Counted from the first letter of the stretch, positions 10,940-23,317 are shown. The stretch: 64,000 bases of DNA from Octopus sinensis (GCF_006345805.1 NC_042997.1:24180001-24244000); one strand, 5' to 3'. Notes: generated by a model from the letters alone, not told the origin. Numbers and translations are program-made.

Positions 10940-12983
10940 TGAATATATATAATAAACAACGACCTTGCTTCGCTTAAGCTGATCAGCTAACTGATCAACA
11001 TCAACGAAGCACATGGGTGGGTTATATATACTATATCCGATGAAGGCAAACTTTTACGAATTGCATTTCGGAGAGGAAAAGTTTTTTCGGAATAAAATTT
11101 AGCAATTAAGGACAACTACTTAATAAGGAAAACTTAACAAGAAAGGTCAGGTAGATAGCGTAAAAACCTCATAAGAGAAAAAATTTCGAAAATAATATTT
11201 CTTATTGAAAATATTAATTATATATAGAGGGCATTATACATACATGCCAGGAGGCATTCTACATCACGCATACGCTAAGAGGGACAATCAGTCATTGCTA
11301 CCAAAAATATTACTAATCCACCGAATGCAATTTTCAAAGAAAGACATTTAAAATATATAGACTGTATCACAGTGATCTACTTACGTAATCATCAGCAGGC
11401 CTGAATATACTATAAATAAACAACGACCTTGCTTCGCTTAAGCTGATCAGCTAACTGATCAACATCAACGAAGCACAGGGTGGGTTTATATATACTATAT
11501 CCGGATGAATGGCAAACTTTTACGAATTGCATTTCGGGAGAGAAAAGTTTTTTTTCGGAATAAAAATTTAGCAATTAAGGAACAACTATAATAAGGAAAA
11601 CTTAACAAGAAATTGTCAGGTAGATAGCGTTAAAAACCTCATAAGAGAAAATTTCGAAAATAATTATTTCTTATTGAACATATTAATTTATATATAGAGG
11701 GATTATACATACATGCCAGGAGGCATTCTACATACACGCCATACGCTAAGAGGGACAATCAGTCATTTCTACCAAAAATATACTAATCCCACCGAATGCA
11801 ATTTTTCAAAGAAAGACATTTAAAATATATAGACCTGTATCACAGTGATTTATACTTACGTAATCATCAGCAGGCCTGAATATACTATAAATAACAACGA
11901 CCTTGCTTCGCTTAAGCTGATCCCTAACTGATCACATCAACGAAGCACATGGGTGGGTTTATATATACTATATCGGATGAATGGCAAACTTTTGAATTGC
12001 ATTTCGGGAGAGGAAAAGTTTTTTCGGAATAAAAATTTAGCAATTAAGGACAACTACTTAATAAGGAAAACTAACAAGAATTGTCAGGTAGATAGCGTAA
12101 AAACCCCTAAGAGAAAAAATTTCGAAAATAATTATTTCTTATTGAACATATTAATTTTATATAGAGGGCATTATACATACATGCCAGGAGGCATTCTACA
12201 TACACGCCATACGCAGAGGGGACAATCAGTCATTTCTACCAAAAATATTACTAATCCACCGAATGCAATTTTCAAAGAAAGACATTTAAAAATATATAGA
12301 CCTGTCACAGTGATTTCATACTTACGTAATCATCAGCAGGCCTGAATATACTATAAATAAACAACGACCTTGCTTCGCTTAAGCTGATCAGCTAAATGAT
12401 CAACATCAACGAAGCACATGGGTGGGTTTATATATACTATATCCGGATGAATGGCAAACTTTAGAATTGCATTCGGGAGAGAAAAAGTTTTTTCGGAATA
12501 AAAATTTAGCATTAAGGACAACTACTTAATAAGAAAACTACTTAATAAGGAAAAAATATTTTTTAAATGTCTTTCTTTGAAAAATTGCATTCGGTGGGAT
12601 TAGTAATATTTTGGTAGAAATGACTGATTGTCCCTCTTAGCGTATGGCGTGTATGTAGATGCCTCCTGGCATGTATGTATAATGCCCTCTATATATAAAT
12701 TATATGTTCAATAAGAAATAATTATTTTCGAAATTTTTCTCTTATGAGGTTTTTACGCTATCTACCTGACAATTTTTGTTAAGTTTTCCTTATTAAGTAG
12801 TTGTCCTTAATTGCTAAATTTTTATTCCGAAAAAACTTTTCCTCTCCCGAAATGCAATTCGTAAAAGTTTGCCATTCATCCGGATATAGTATATATAAAC
12901 CCACCCATGTGCTTCGTTGATGTTGATCAGTTAGCTGATCAGCTTAAGCGAAGCAAGGTCGTTGTTTATTTATAGTATATTCA

Positions 12984-13029
12984 GGCCTGCTGATGATTAC
13001 GTAAGTATGAAATCACTGTGATACAGGTC
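12984..13029 (+). ncRNA. Type I hammerhead ribozyme motif
   Basis: GGCCUG-CUGAUGA-UUAC GUAA GUAU-GAAA-UCAC U GUGAU-A/-CAGGUC. Stem I is 6 bp, the core CUGANGA/GAAA is intact, stem II is UAC/GUA with a GNRA loop (U.U at 10.1/11.1), stem III is the palindrome AUCAC/GUGAU, and the predicted site is AUA. Confidence 0.8.
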
Positions 13030-13458
13030 TATATTTTTAATGTCTTTCTTTGAAAAATTGCATTCGGTGGGATTAGTAATATTTTTGGTAGAAATGATGA
13101 TTGTCCCTCTTAGCGTATGGCGTGTATGTAGAATGCCTCCTGGCATGTATGTATAATGCCCTCTATATATAAATTAATATGTTCAATAAGAAATAATATT
13201 TTCGAAATTTTTTCTCTTATGAGGTTTTTACGCTATCTACCTGACAATTTCTTGTTAAGTTTTCCTTATTAAGTAGTTGTCCTTAATTGCTAAATTTTTA
13301 TTCCGAAAAAACTTTTCCTCTCCCGAAATGCAATTCGTAAAAGTTTGCCATTCATCCGGATATAGTATATATAAACCCACCCATGTGCTTCGTTGATGTT
13401 GATCAGTTAGCTGATCAGCTTAAGCGAAGCAAGGTCGTTGTTTATTTATTGTATATTC

Positions 13459-13506
13459 AGACCTGCTGATGATTACGTAAGTATGAAATCACTGTGATAC
13501 AGGTCT
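13459..13506 (+). ncRNA. Type I hammerhead ribozyme motif (second inverted copy)
   Basis: Same motif, with stem I AGACCUG/CAGGUCU fully Watson-Crick (the G.U of other copies is A-U here). Confidence 0.8.
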
Positions 13507-13641
13507 ATATATTTTTAAATGTCTTTCTTTGAAAAATTGCATTCGGTGGGATTAGTAATATTTTTGGTAGAAATGACTGATTGTCCTCTTAGCGTATGGC
13601 GTGTATGTAGAATGCTCCTGGCATGTATGTATAATGCCCTC

Positions 13642-13686
<45 letters not shown>

Positions 13687-14191
13687 CAGTTGATGGACAG
13701 GTGTCAATCTATTAGAGCTGTTTCTAAAGAATTTAATTGATCAGTCGTTAATCACACAAAAAATATGTTTGTGTTGCCGATTTTAAATTATTTTAAATGT
13801 CCTTGATTGTGAGATTCGTATATTCATCTAAAGAAACGGCTTTTTTTTAAATAAAATAAATGAAATAATGTAGTCATTGATCAATTTAAAAATTCGTTTG
13901 AAATGTCTGTAATCTATAGACACACGTCAATTAATTGTGTTTTTTTTATTATTTATATTCTGTTTACCTATCTAAGAACATGTCCTTCGTATATCCCGAA
14001 ATATATTATAGATTTTATATATAATTAAAAAATGTACATGTCTGAATAGCTCAAGAGCAGATTATATACCTATTTAGGTCCAGTTAACGGCAATTATCAT
14101 CCAACCGGTAGTCTTGTACCAAGTTTGGTATTCATCTATATTTGTGGTATGTGTATATATATATATATATATTATATATATATATATATAT

Positions 14192-14357
14192 AGGTGCAGG
14201 AGTGGCTGTGTGGTAAGTAGCTTGTTTACCAACCAGATGGTTTCGGGTTCAGTCCCACTGCGTGGCACCTTGGGCAAGTGTCTTCTACTATAACCTCGGG
14301 CCGACCAAAGCCTTGTGAGTGGATTTGGTAGACGGAAACTGAAAGAAGCCCGTCGTA

Positions 14358-14430
<73 letters not shown>

Positions 14431-14664
14431 ATATATATGCGTGTGTGTGTTTGTGTGTCTGTGTTTGTCCCCCTAGCATTGCTTGACAACCGATGCTGGT
14501 GTGTTTATGTCCCCATTTACTTAGCGGTTCGGCAAAAGAAACCGATAGAATAAGTACTGGGCTTACAAAAGAATAAGTCCCGGGGTCGAGTTGCTCGATT
14601 AAAGGCGGTGCTCCAGCATGGCCGCAGTCAAATGACTGAAACAAGTAAAAGAGAGTAAAGAGAG

Positions 14665-14665
<1 letters not shown>
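14192..14665 (+). mobile_element. SINE family A (tRNA head, CORE-like domain, internal microsatellite, Nin-like segment)
   Basis: aggtgcaggagtggctgtgtggtaag...ccttgggcaagtgtcttct...(TA/TG)n...gatagaataagtact...ggggtcga...gtaaaagag. More than 12 related copies occur in the window. Confidence 0.85.
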
Positions 14666-14696
<31 letters not shown>

Positions 14697-14789
14697 TAAT
14701 CCAAACGGGAAAACAGAAAAAACAACAACACGTGGAACAATTAAAGTATTATTATTATTAGGCGCTCAGGAAAAATGGAAGAAGGAGGG

Positions 14790-14824
14790 TATGACGTTTC
14801 GAGCGGAGCTCTTCGTCGGAAACA
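14790..14824 (-). ncRNA. Minimal hammerhead-like motif in a Penelope-like terminal fragment
   Basis: guuu-CCGACGA-A-GAGC UCC GCUC-GAAACGUC-auac: stem II 4 bp, palindromic ACGU stem III, U4C core change, stem I 3 of 4 pairs. Confidence 0.45.
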
Positions 14825-16374
14825 TAAGAGAAGGAAGAAAGAAGAACGGTCATAAGACTACAGCCTTGCTGGGGTACATAATATAATAATAATGTATGCA
14901 TGTATATTTAATTTAAAAGTTTAGATAAGAAAAGCAAATGGTCAAAACCAGGAATCGGGCGCGCCTTCAACATTAGAAACATTGGAATACAATCTATAGT
15001 AGGTGCAAAAAATTTGAACGCAAGGGAGAAATTTGCATACCTGTTTAGACTGTTATTGAATTTTTTTTTCTTTTAAAACATCTTATATCTGTCGTATTTT
15101 CTTCATTTTACAGAACTTTTATAATATTAAAAACAAAGAGCGAAACGAACTGATAATGCTCTTCATTCTTAATTCGTTCCGGTAGATTTGTCTTTTCGAC
15201 TTTTGTTGTATTTCCTCTTTTCTTTTTTGGTTTACCTCTTATCGCACGCTCACACGGATCTTCTACGTCCTTCCGACGATGATTGAGAGTATTTAATTAA
15301 TGGATTACCTTACACTTTGATTACGTTACACCTTTGAATTCCCTTGGAGTACGTCGACTTTGTGCCTTTGATTATGCTATTTACTGTTAGGTTTCGCCTT
15401 CGGTCGATCTGTATTGAAAATACACTCGATGTTTTTGACGTAAGCGGTTTTGAGACACCGTTGTTTTCGCTTCGTTTAAGGTTCAAATCGTTATAAAGAT
15501 AAAAAATTAAAATTAAAAAGAAAAAGCATTTGAAACTCACGACCCTTCAGCTGCATAGAGGAAGAATCAAAACTTACCTGCTGGTTTTGAAATATTGGAA
15601 GCTAAACTTTATTGATGAAAGCCAAATTAATATAATATGCAATATTCCAAGCTAAATTGTGCGTATATACTGGTATGATTATTAAAAGTTGTGGGCAGTT
15701 GTGATAACGTATACTAATTGAACGTTCTTCAAAATACAGAAACACTACAGACCTAAAAATAAACGAACATTAAATCGTTATGGGGAGCAGTTTCTTAAAA
15801 TGTAATGTTTATGTAACACAAGACTAAACTATGATTCATTTCTGTGCGTAGTTTACATGTCGAGTCATGCGATATGATTTACAAATCAGATAACATTATT
15901 TGCCCACCCAGACTCAATATACATAGAAATCGCTTATACGCGAAAATACGCTTACATACACACGCTACGCTGGCTCACAGAGGCATATATGCACGTACGC
16001 TCTTACGTTTGCGTAATGATAACTGTCAATCAATTAATACAGCTAGCTTACATTATGTACATAAATGCATATTTTAATATAAATATATATATTATATATA
16101 TAATATATATATATATATACACATACAAGAACATACACAAATAGACATATACGTGAAAATGGGCACAGGTAAAAGCACACATAAACTCATCCACGAATGA
16201 TGCAATGTGTGTGGAGTGGGATCGCCTTGAAGTAAGATGTTACATATGTTCCAAACCATACTCTTAAATGTTCAAGTAATGTTTGTTTATTTTATCTATC
16301 TATATATCTATGCACACATTTACAACAGCACATACAGGCACCCCCTTATATATATATACATATATATATATATA

Positions 16375-16470
<96 letters not shown>

Positions 16471-17454
16471 CGTATTTATGTATAACTATAAATACACACA
16501 CAAATGTACGTACATACATACACGTACACACATATATATATGTGTGTATGTGTATGTATATATATATATATATATATATCAATCTATGTTATGTATTTAT
16601 TGTTCCGCCTTTAAGTATTCACCTCACGAGATTAAGCATTATTAATGTTTGCATGGAAATAAATAAATAGAAAAACAAAATGTCGCCTGTCTACATAGCT
16701 TCATAGTAGAAGCTAACTAGATTATCTATACCAAAGGTTAAAGGTGGCGCCACTGGGTAACGATACCGTGATCCTTAGAGATTAAAGTATACTAAACTAT
16801 TTAAATGTATGTATATACACATATATACATGCATATACATATATATATATATGAATAAACGCACACATATATACATATATATACATACATACATACTGAT
16901 ATATATATGCGTGTGATCTTTGTAGAAATTTGGATTGTTGCAGTAGGAAGGAATATGTAAGTCTGGTTAAGCCGACCGAAGTTGAAGAGGCATAGTATTC
17001 GAAATATTACGGTGCCGACAGTCTGGCAGCGGTATAATTTAACTTTGTAAAGGGAACGGCGAAAGCTCTCTGGGGAACTCTCACTTATCCCAAACTGTAA
17101 TAAGGAATTCTTTGATTTAATATCGTCCTTATTTAATATTAAGTAGGCTTTCAAGGAGAAAGTGAATTCATACAAGCGGTGATAAGCCTCGCTCATTCTT
17201 TTACGGTTTCCCTCACTGATACAAGTAACTACACACGTGCATACATACACACGGTCTTTCCTCAAGAATCTCAACCTTTGATTTTTTTTTTCACACATGC
17301 TCTTCAGTCGCCGGTATCTCGTTCTCTTTGTGGTTCTTAGCAAATTTTCTTTCTTTGGCTGAACCTATATTCGTATATCTAGTTCTATCAATGTAACTTA
17401 TTCTCTCTCGCTTTCTCTATGGAGAAATTATAATTAGATATGGACATTCTAATT

Positions 17455-17548
<94 letters not shown>

Positions 17549-17564
17549 CAGATATATCACGCAC

Positions 17565-17613
<49 letters not shown>

Positions 17614-17625
17614 TATCACGCACAT
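17455..17625. repeat. (GATA)n microsatellite; similar tracts at 22140-22340 and 43130-43220
   Basis: Direct observation. (TA)n, (CA)n, (TAA)n and (TAG)n tracts occur throughout the window. Confidence 0.95.
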
Positions 17626-17993
17626 ACGAAGATAGATCTAATAGGCTAAAAGAAACTATCAAAGACACAATTCATATAAAATATTGGTGAGGGTGTATAA
17701 TGTGTATTTATGTGAGTGTATATACGCACATATGTAATTAGATCCATACACACACATACGCACGTATATGCAGACATAAATTGATATATATGTGTGTGTG
17801 TTTGTATGTATTGCCTGTGTGTGTGTGTGTGTGTAAACCCATATGTCTCGATGCTTTTTGTTTATTATTTTCTTTTTTTAGAAAGGAAAAGAGCAATTTA
17901 CTACTCCTCATTACTAATCAGTTTTCTTTTCCACCTACAGCGTAGATTATTATAGCCATTCATATTATACCATCATTTTATTTTTTTATTTTT

Positions 17994-18530
17994 ATGCGCC
18001 CTTTTCAAACTTAGCCAGGCTCATGGGTCCGGTTTCCCGGTTCTGTGGCGTATGTGTTCCCCCCAGCTGGACGGGACGCCAGTCCATCGCAGCGTTACTC
18101 AAGAAACAGGGAGAGTGAGAGAAAGTTGGGGTGAAAGAGTACAACAGGGGTCGCCACCACCTCCTGGCGGAGCCTCAGGTGTTTTCGCTCAATAAACACA
18201 CACAACGCCCGGTCTGCGAATCGAATCCGCGATCCTCCGACCACGAGTCCGCTGCTCTAACCACTGGGCCATCGCGCCTCCAAAATAAATGCGCCTTTTT
18301 TTAAAGCCTAGCCAGGCTCATAGGCCCGGTTTCCCGGTTTCTATGTGTTCCGCAGCTTGACGGGACGCAAGTCCATCGCAGCGTTACTCATTTTTGTCAG
18401 CTGAGTGGACTGGAGCAACGTGAAATGAAGTGTTTTGCTCAAGAACACAACGCGTCGCCCGGTCCAGGAATCGAAACCACAATCTTACGATCATGATGCT
18501 GACACCATAACCATTAAGCCACGCGCCTCC
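17994..18530 (-). mobile_element. Two adjacent SINEs with different heads/bodies and a shared tail
   Basis: 17994-18282 has the family B head; 18283-18530 has a CORE-like body. Both end gagtaacgctgcgatggact..cgtcccgtc..agct...aaaaggcgca. Confidence 0.75.
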
Positions 18531-19545
18531 ACAGACCACCATTTACACAGATCTAATGTTGTTTTTCTCATTCACACAACATGGAAAGCATTAAAAATTT
18601 GAATAAATTAATTAATAGAAGAAACACTACTGGAGGTAATGTAGAATTGTAATAAATAATTTTGATGATAACATTTTACTGTAATCTAATTTGAGTTTTT
18701 TGTGAGGATTACTTTTAAACATTACGGAGATGTACTCGCATAGCAAGTAATTTGATCTGAGATCGTGTGCTGAAACGAAAACAATTGCAGCGTGGAAGGT
18801 GTTTATAAGCCATTTAAGAAACACACAAAAGCCGTTCGATTCACTTCAACATTTAAGTTTAATTTGTCAAAATATTTTCGTCGCTAAAATCCGCGACCTG
18901 TTCACTGACAAAAATCCGTGCTGCATCTGAGAAAGTAACAGTTAGTTCGTCATATATATGTACTTAAACAGCTTGATATTTAAGAGCGATTTGATAACCT
19001 AGACACTTTGGTTAATGCACAAGTGTTTCTCTATGTTTTGCATCTAAGGCAGACAAATTTAAGACCTTCAAAGAACTAGTGGTTTACCTCATCTTTTTAC
19101 AAACGCTGATGACCTCCCTTTGCAAATAACACAAGGGCACTGAAATGTGTCTAAAGTCCATCTGGTGACGTTGATCGCCTGGGGCTAAAAGCATCAGTAA
19201 CACCCCACCCCCAGTGGCTAGCCACATTCAGATGGCTAGTACACCTTACGTTGAATTAGATTATTTTTCGTTTATTCTAGGCACAAAACAAAAATGTGTG
19301 ATATAACGACGTAGCCGGCCTTTCCACATCGAAGTTTAATATTCCAGTATAAACATTTGCTTTTTGTCTTACCTCACATTTTCCGTCTGTGTGTGTATGT
19401 ACACCGTAAATATCTTCTAAAATACTCTTTTCTCTCCTCCTCCTTGCTTCCCCTCCCCCCTCTCTCCCTATTTTTCACTCTGGCTGGGAATGAGCACACG
19501 ATTTTTGATGAGACGTCAAGAACAGCTGAAACTATACTGCTTAAT

Positions 19546-19778
19546 TAAGGCGGTGAGCTGGCAGAAACGTTAGCACGCCGGGCGAAATGCGTAGCCGTAT
19601 TCCGTCTGCCATTACGTCCTGTGTTCAAATTCCGCCGAGGTCGACTTTGCCTTTCATCCTTTCGGGGTCGATAAATAAAGTACCAGTTACGCACTGGGAT
19701 CGATGTAATCGACTTAAACCCTTTGTCTGTCTTTGTTTGTTCCTCTATGTTTAGCCCCTTGTGGGCAGTAAAGAAATA
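19546..19778 (+). mobile_element. SINE family C (Nin-domain-like)
   Basis: ggcggtgagctggcagaaacg...gtcgactttgcctttcatcctttcggggtcgata; 13-bp TSD tatactgcttaat. Confidence 0.88.
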
Positions 19779-20538
19779 TATACTGCTTAATCTCTTTCTC
19801 TGGCCATAGGTCTTACATTATGGTGTCTACATTTCACAATGAAATGTTTATTAAAAACACGCACTCGTAAGTTTACGTAACATATTCTTCTCTTCTTCTC
19901 TCTCATTCTGGATATGTCTCTATGCATGTGCGAGTGCTCTTCAAAGCGAAGATCGTTTAATCATCCATCCGAGCGCCATGATCATCATATTTCACAGGGC
20001 CAACAAGGAATCTCATCTCACAAATCGAAGCGGAGCCCTCTTTATGAAAATATTTACCTATCATTTACAAGTATAGGCGCGGGCAAGGCTATACGGTTAA
20101 ACTGCTTATGCGGTTTCTGGTTCAGTCGCACTGCATGGCACCTTAAGCAAGTGTCTTCTACTTGCCGAAGTGAGTAAACGAAAACTGTGTGGAAGACCGT
20201 GGCGTGTGTACGCATGTGTGTATGTGAATGCGCGCGTGTGTGTGCATGCGCGCATACTCGTGTCATTGTGTTTGTCAAATATCCTCGTCACCGCATGACA
20301 AGTAAAAGAGTAAAAGAGTATATATATATATATATATATATACATACAGGAGAGTGTTCATGCAATAGAAAATTAAGTACTTAAATTCTGTTACCGAGTA
20401 CATGGTTTATATATTTCTAGATGCAAGTTTTACATCACTGAAGTTTTCCATACTTACCTGAGGATCGTCGTCTTGAGAAAATTTGATTGCAATATAAATA
20501 TTCCTCTTAAATGAATTTTCCCCCTCTACAAACACACC

Positions 20539-20571
<33 letters not shown>

Positions 20572-20679
20572 TGTCTCTCTTTCCCTTTAAAATTACTTTT
20601 TCGTGGTTTAACTCCCCATTTTAGCATGTAAGAAGTCCTGTCATGGGTTCTTCTCGTGTATATATCTTTATACGCTTTT

Positions 20680-21061
20680 GAGTGGAGGCGCAATGGCCCA
20701 GTGGTTAGGGCAGCGGACTCGCGGTCATAGGATCGCGGTTTCGATTCCCAGACTGGGCATTGTGAGTGTTTATTAAGCGAAAACACCCAAAGCTCCACGA
20801 GGCTCCGGCAGGGGATGGTGGTGGTCCCTGCTGTACTCTTTCACCACAACTTTCCCTCACTCTTACTTCCTGTTGTATCTCTATTTCAAAGGGCCGGCCT
20901 TGTGACTCTCTGTGTCACGCTGAATATCCCCGAGAACTACGTTAAGGGTAACGTGTCTGTGGAGTGCTCAGCCACTTACACGTTAATTTCACGAGCAGGC
21001 TGTTCCGTTGATTCGGATCAACCGGAACCCTCGTCGTCGTAACTGACGGAGTGCTTCCTCC
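20680..21061 (+). mobile_element. tRNA-derived SINE family B, full length
   Basis: Same family; 11-bp TSD tatacgctttt at 20669-20679 and 21062-21072. Confidence 0.9.
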
Positions 21062-22128
21062 TATACGCTTTTATATATGAAAATATATTGTCTTATGTTT
21101 GTATTACGCATGTGAACTACTGGAAATAAATTATTCAAATTTTCTACCCTTATGATTTACACAATAAAACTTCCTAATTCTGAAGCTTATAGTACGAGGT
21201 TTAAAATTAATTATTTGCTGCTGCCTATGTGAATGTGCCGGCGTACTTGATTTGAATCTATAATGTTATAAGAATGCAGCTCAGACGTGTATTTTTTTTT
21301 TTACATATTAAGCTACATAATTATGCATTGTTTTAGCGATCCTACTGATGAACTACGGATGTCAAATTAATTTATTTGCTCATTAATAGGGAAACTCGGG
21401 TATGGGATTATCTAAAAAGAATAATTCCTTTCATTCTTGTGCTTTATCGGCGTGCCTTTAGAATTATATTTTTGTGGTTTGGGTTTAACAACCATTTTAG
21501 CATGTAGGAAGTCCTGTCATGGGTTCTTCTCTCTGTGTATATATCTTTACACACTCTTCTATATGAATATATATATATATACATATATATCTGTTTTCTT
21601 TCTAATTCTATCAATATATTTGTTTCTTCTATATTCATATCCCCCCTCTCTCTCCATTTTTCACTCTCTTTCCTCTCTCTTCAGCTCTCTTTTCCCACTT
21701 TCTTTTTCTTTTCCACTCCTTCCCCAACTCTCGCACTTTTTCTCTTCCCGTCATTCAATCTCTTTCTTTTTACATCAATTTCTTCATCAGAATGGCAAAG
21801 CCTCTTTGTACGCATCTACCACACCTTCATCACTGCAGTTTTTCTTATTTCTCTCAACGCACTACGTTTTATTATATATATTCATATATTTGTGGTTGTA
21901 TCCCATCCCCTTTGCAATGTATCTATCAATCAATCTATATACCTACTACCCTTCTCTCTCTCCGACTCTCTTTCTCCCTACCTCTTCCTCTGCTTTCTCC
22001 TACTCCCAGTACGTTATGTGTTACATACACACACACACACACATATATTTACGCGTTTCAAGGTGTATGTATTATGCTATCATCCTTTCTTTCTGTCAAA
22101 TCTAGCTTATCCTCTCTATCTGTCTATA

Positions 22129-22160
<32 letters not shown>

Positions 22161-22187
22161 GATCGATCGATTGATCTATCCGTCTAT

Positions 22188-22258
<71 letters not shown>

Positions 22259-22300
22259 CCTACCTACCTACCTACCTACCTACCTACCTACCTACCTACG

Positions 22301-22335
<35 letters not shown>

Positions 22336-22521
22336 ATATCTATCTATCTCTTCTATACTATTTCCTTCTATCAGTAATATCTCTATATGTCTATCTCTCT
22401 ATACTTCGATTCAAATTTAACATACATCCCATCTCTCTCATACTCTCTATTCTTCCCTCTCTCAGAGACCATACATATAAACATATACATACATACATAC
22501 ATACATACATACATACATACA

Positions 22522-22553
<32 letters not shown>

Positions 22554-23317
22554 CACATACACATATATATATATATATATATATATATTCCCTAGACCTC
22601 CAACAACACTCCTGCACCTTCCTTCCAACTTCTTCCCTTGTGCAACACTCACTTTCCCTCTCATTCTTTCTCCCATTCTCTTACGCTGACCCACCTCCAG
22701 AGAGAATCAAACTGTATCAAGCCGATGCAATTTCTCCAACTAATCCTTTAATTCGCCAGGATTTGTCTTCTATACCATTGCAACTAATGACTGGATATAT
22801 CCTACATTCAACAATGAAGATGGATGTTTGCACACGACGTTTCAACCCAACGAACGCTTTACTTCCTTCCTATTTTTCTTTCTATCTGCTTTTTCTTGCA
22901 CTTTTTTTCTTATAACCAATAAGCAAATACATACAAATATATGTATGTATAAATATATATTTATATATATATATGTATAAATGTATATATGTATAAATTT
23001 ACATACATATATTACATACACACACACGCACACACATATATATATAAAGAGAGTGAGAGAGCATTGGAGAAGGAAACGAACGTAGATGGACACATATTTT
23101 ATATACCATGCAATATATGAAACATTATATAGGTATATATACTATATACCTTTAAGTGTGTGTTTGTTTGTGTGTATGTTCGTGTGTGTATACATGCATA
23201 TATCATATATAAATGCATAGAGAGTATGTACACATATACATATCTATGTACATATATATATGTTTATGTATATATATATACATATATATATATGTTTAAG
23301 TGTATATATATACATAC

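Larger units (their letters stand above)
10630..13652. repeat. Tandem array of ~470-bp hammerhead-containing units: ~4.1 copies in one orientation, then ~2.3 inverted copies (retrozyme/Penelope pLTR-like)
   Basis: The unit (ttagcaattaaggacaactac...ttttcggaataaaaat) recurs with core-to-core spacing of 462, 475 and 466 nt in the left arm and 476 nt in the right arm. The inversion is centred on aaaaaatatttttt at 12551-12564. (TA)n lies on both flanks. Confidence 0.95.

Noticed and set aside
10630-13652. CRISPR-like or coding interpretation of the array
   Set aside because: The units are whole-length repeats without unique spacers, the context is eukaryotic, and the 130-aa ORF at 11953 is not preserved in other units.
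16801-17343. 180-aa minus-strand ORF
   Set aside because: It runs through microsatellites, has no recognisable motif, and no consistent splice phases were found.
18551-18635. Possible start exon MESIKNLNKLINRRNTTG with GAG|GTAATG donor
   Set aside because: A single short exon in AT-rich DNA that could not be linked to downstream exons.
21437-22595. Long ORFs of 222-280 aa
   Set aside because: They translate (TCTA)n, (TACA)n, (CA)n and pyrimidine tracts; low complexity and no domain.
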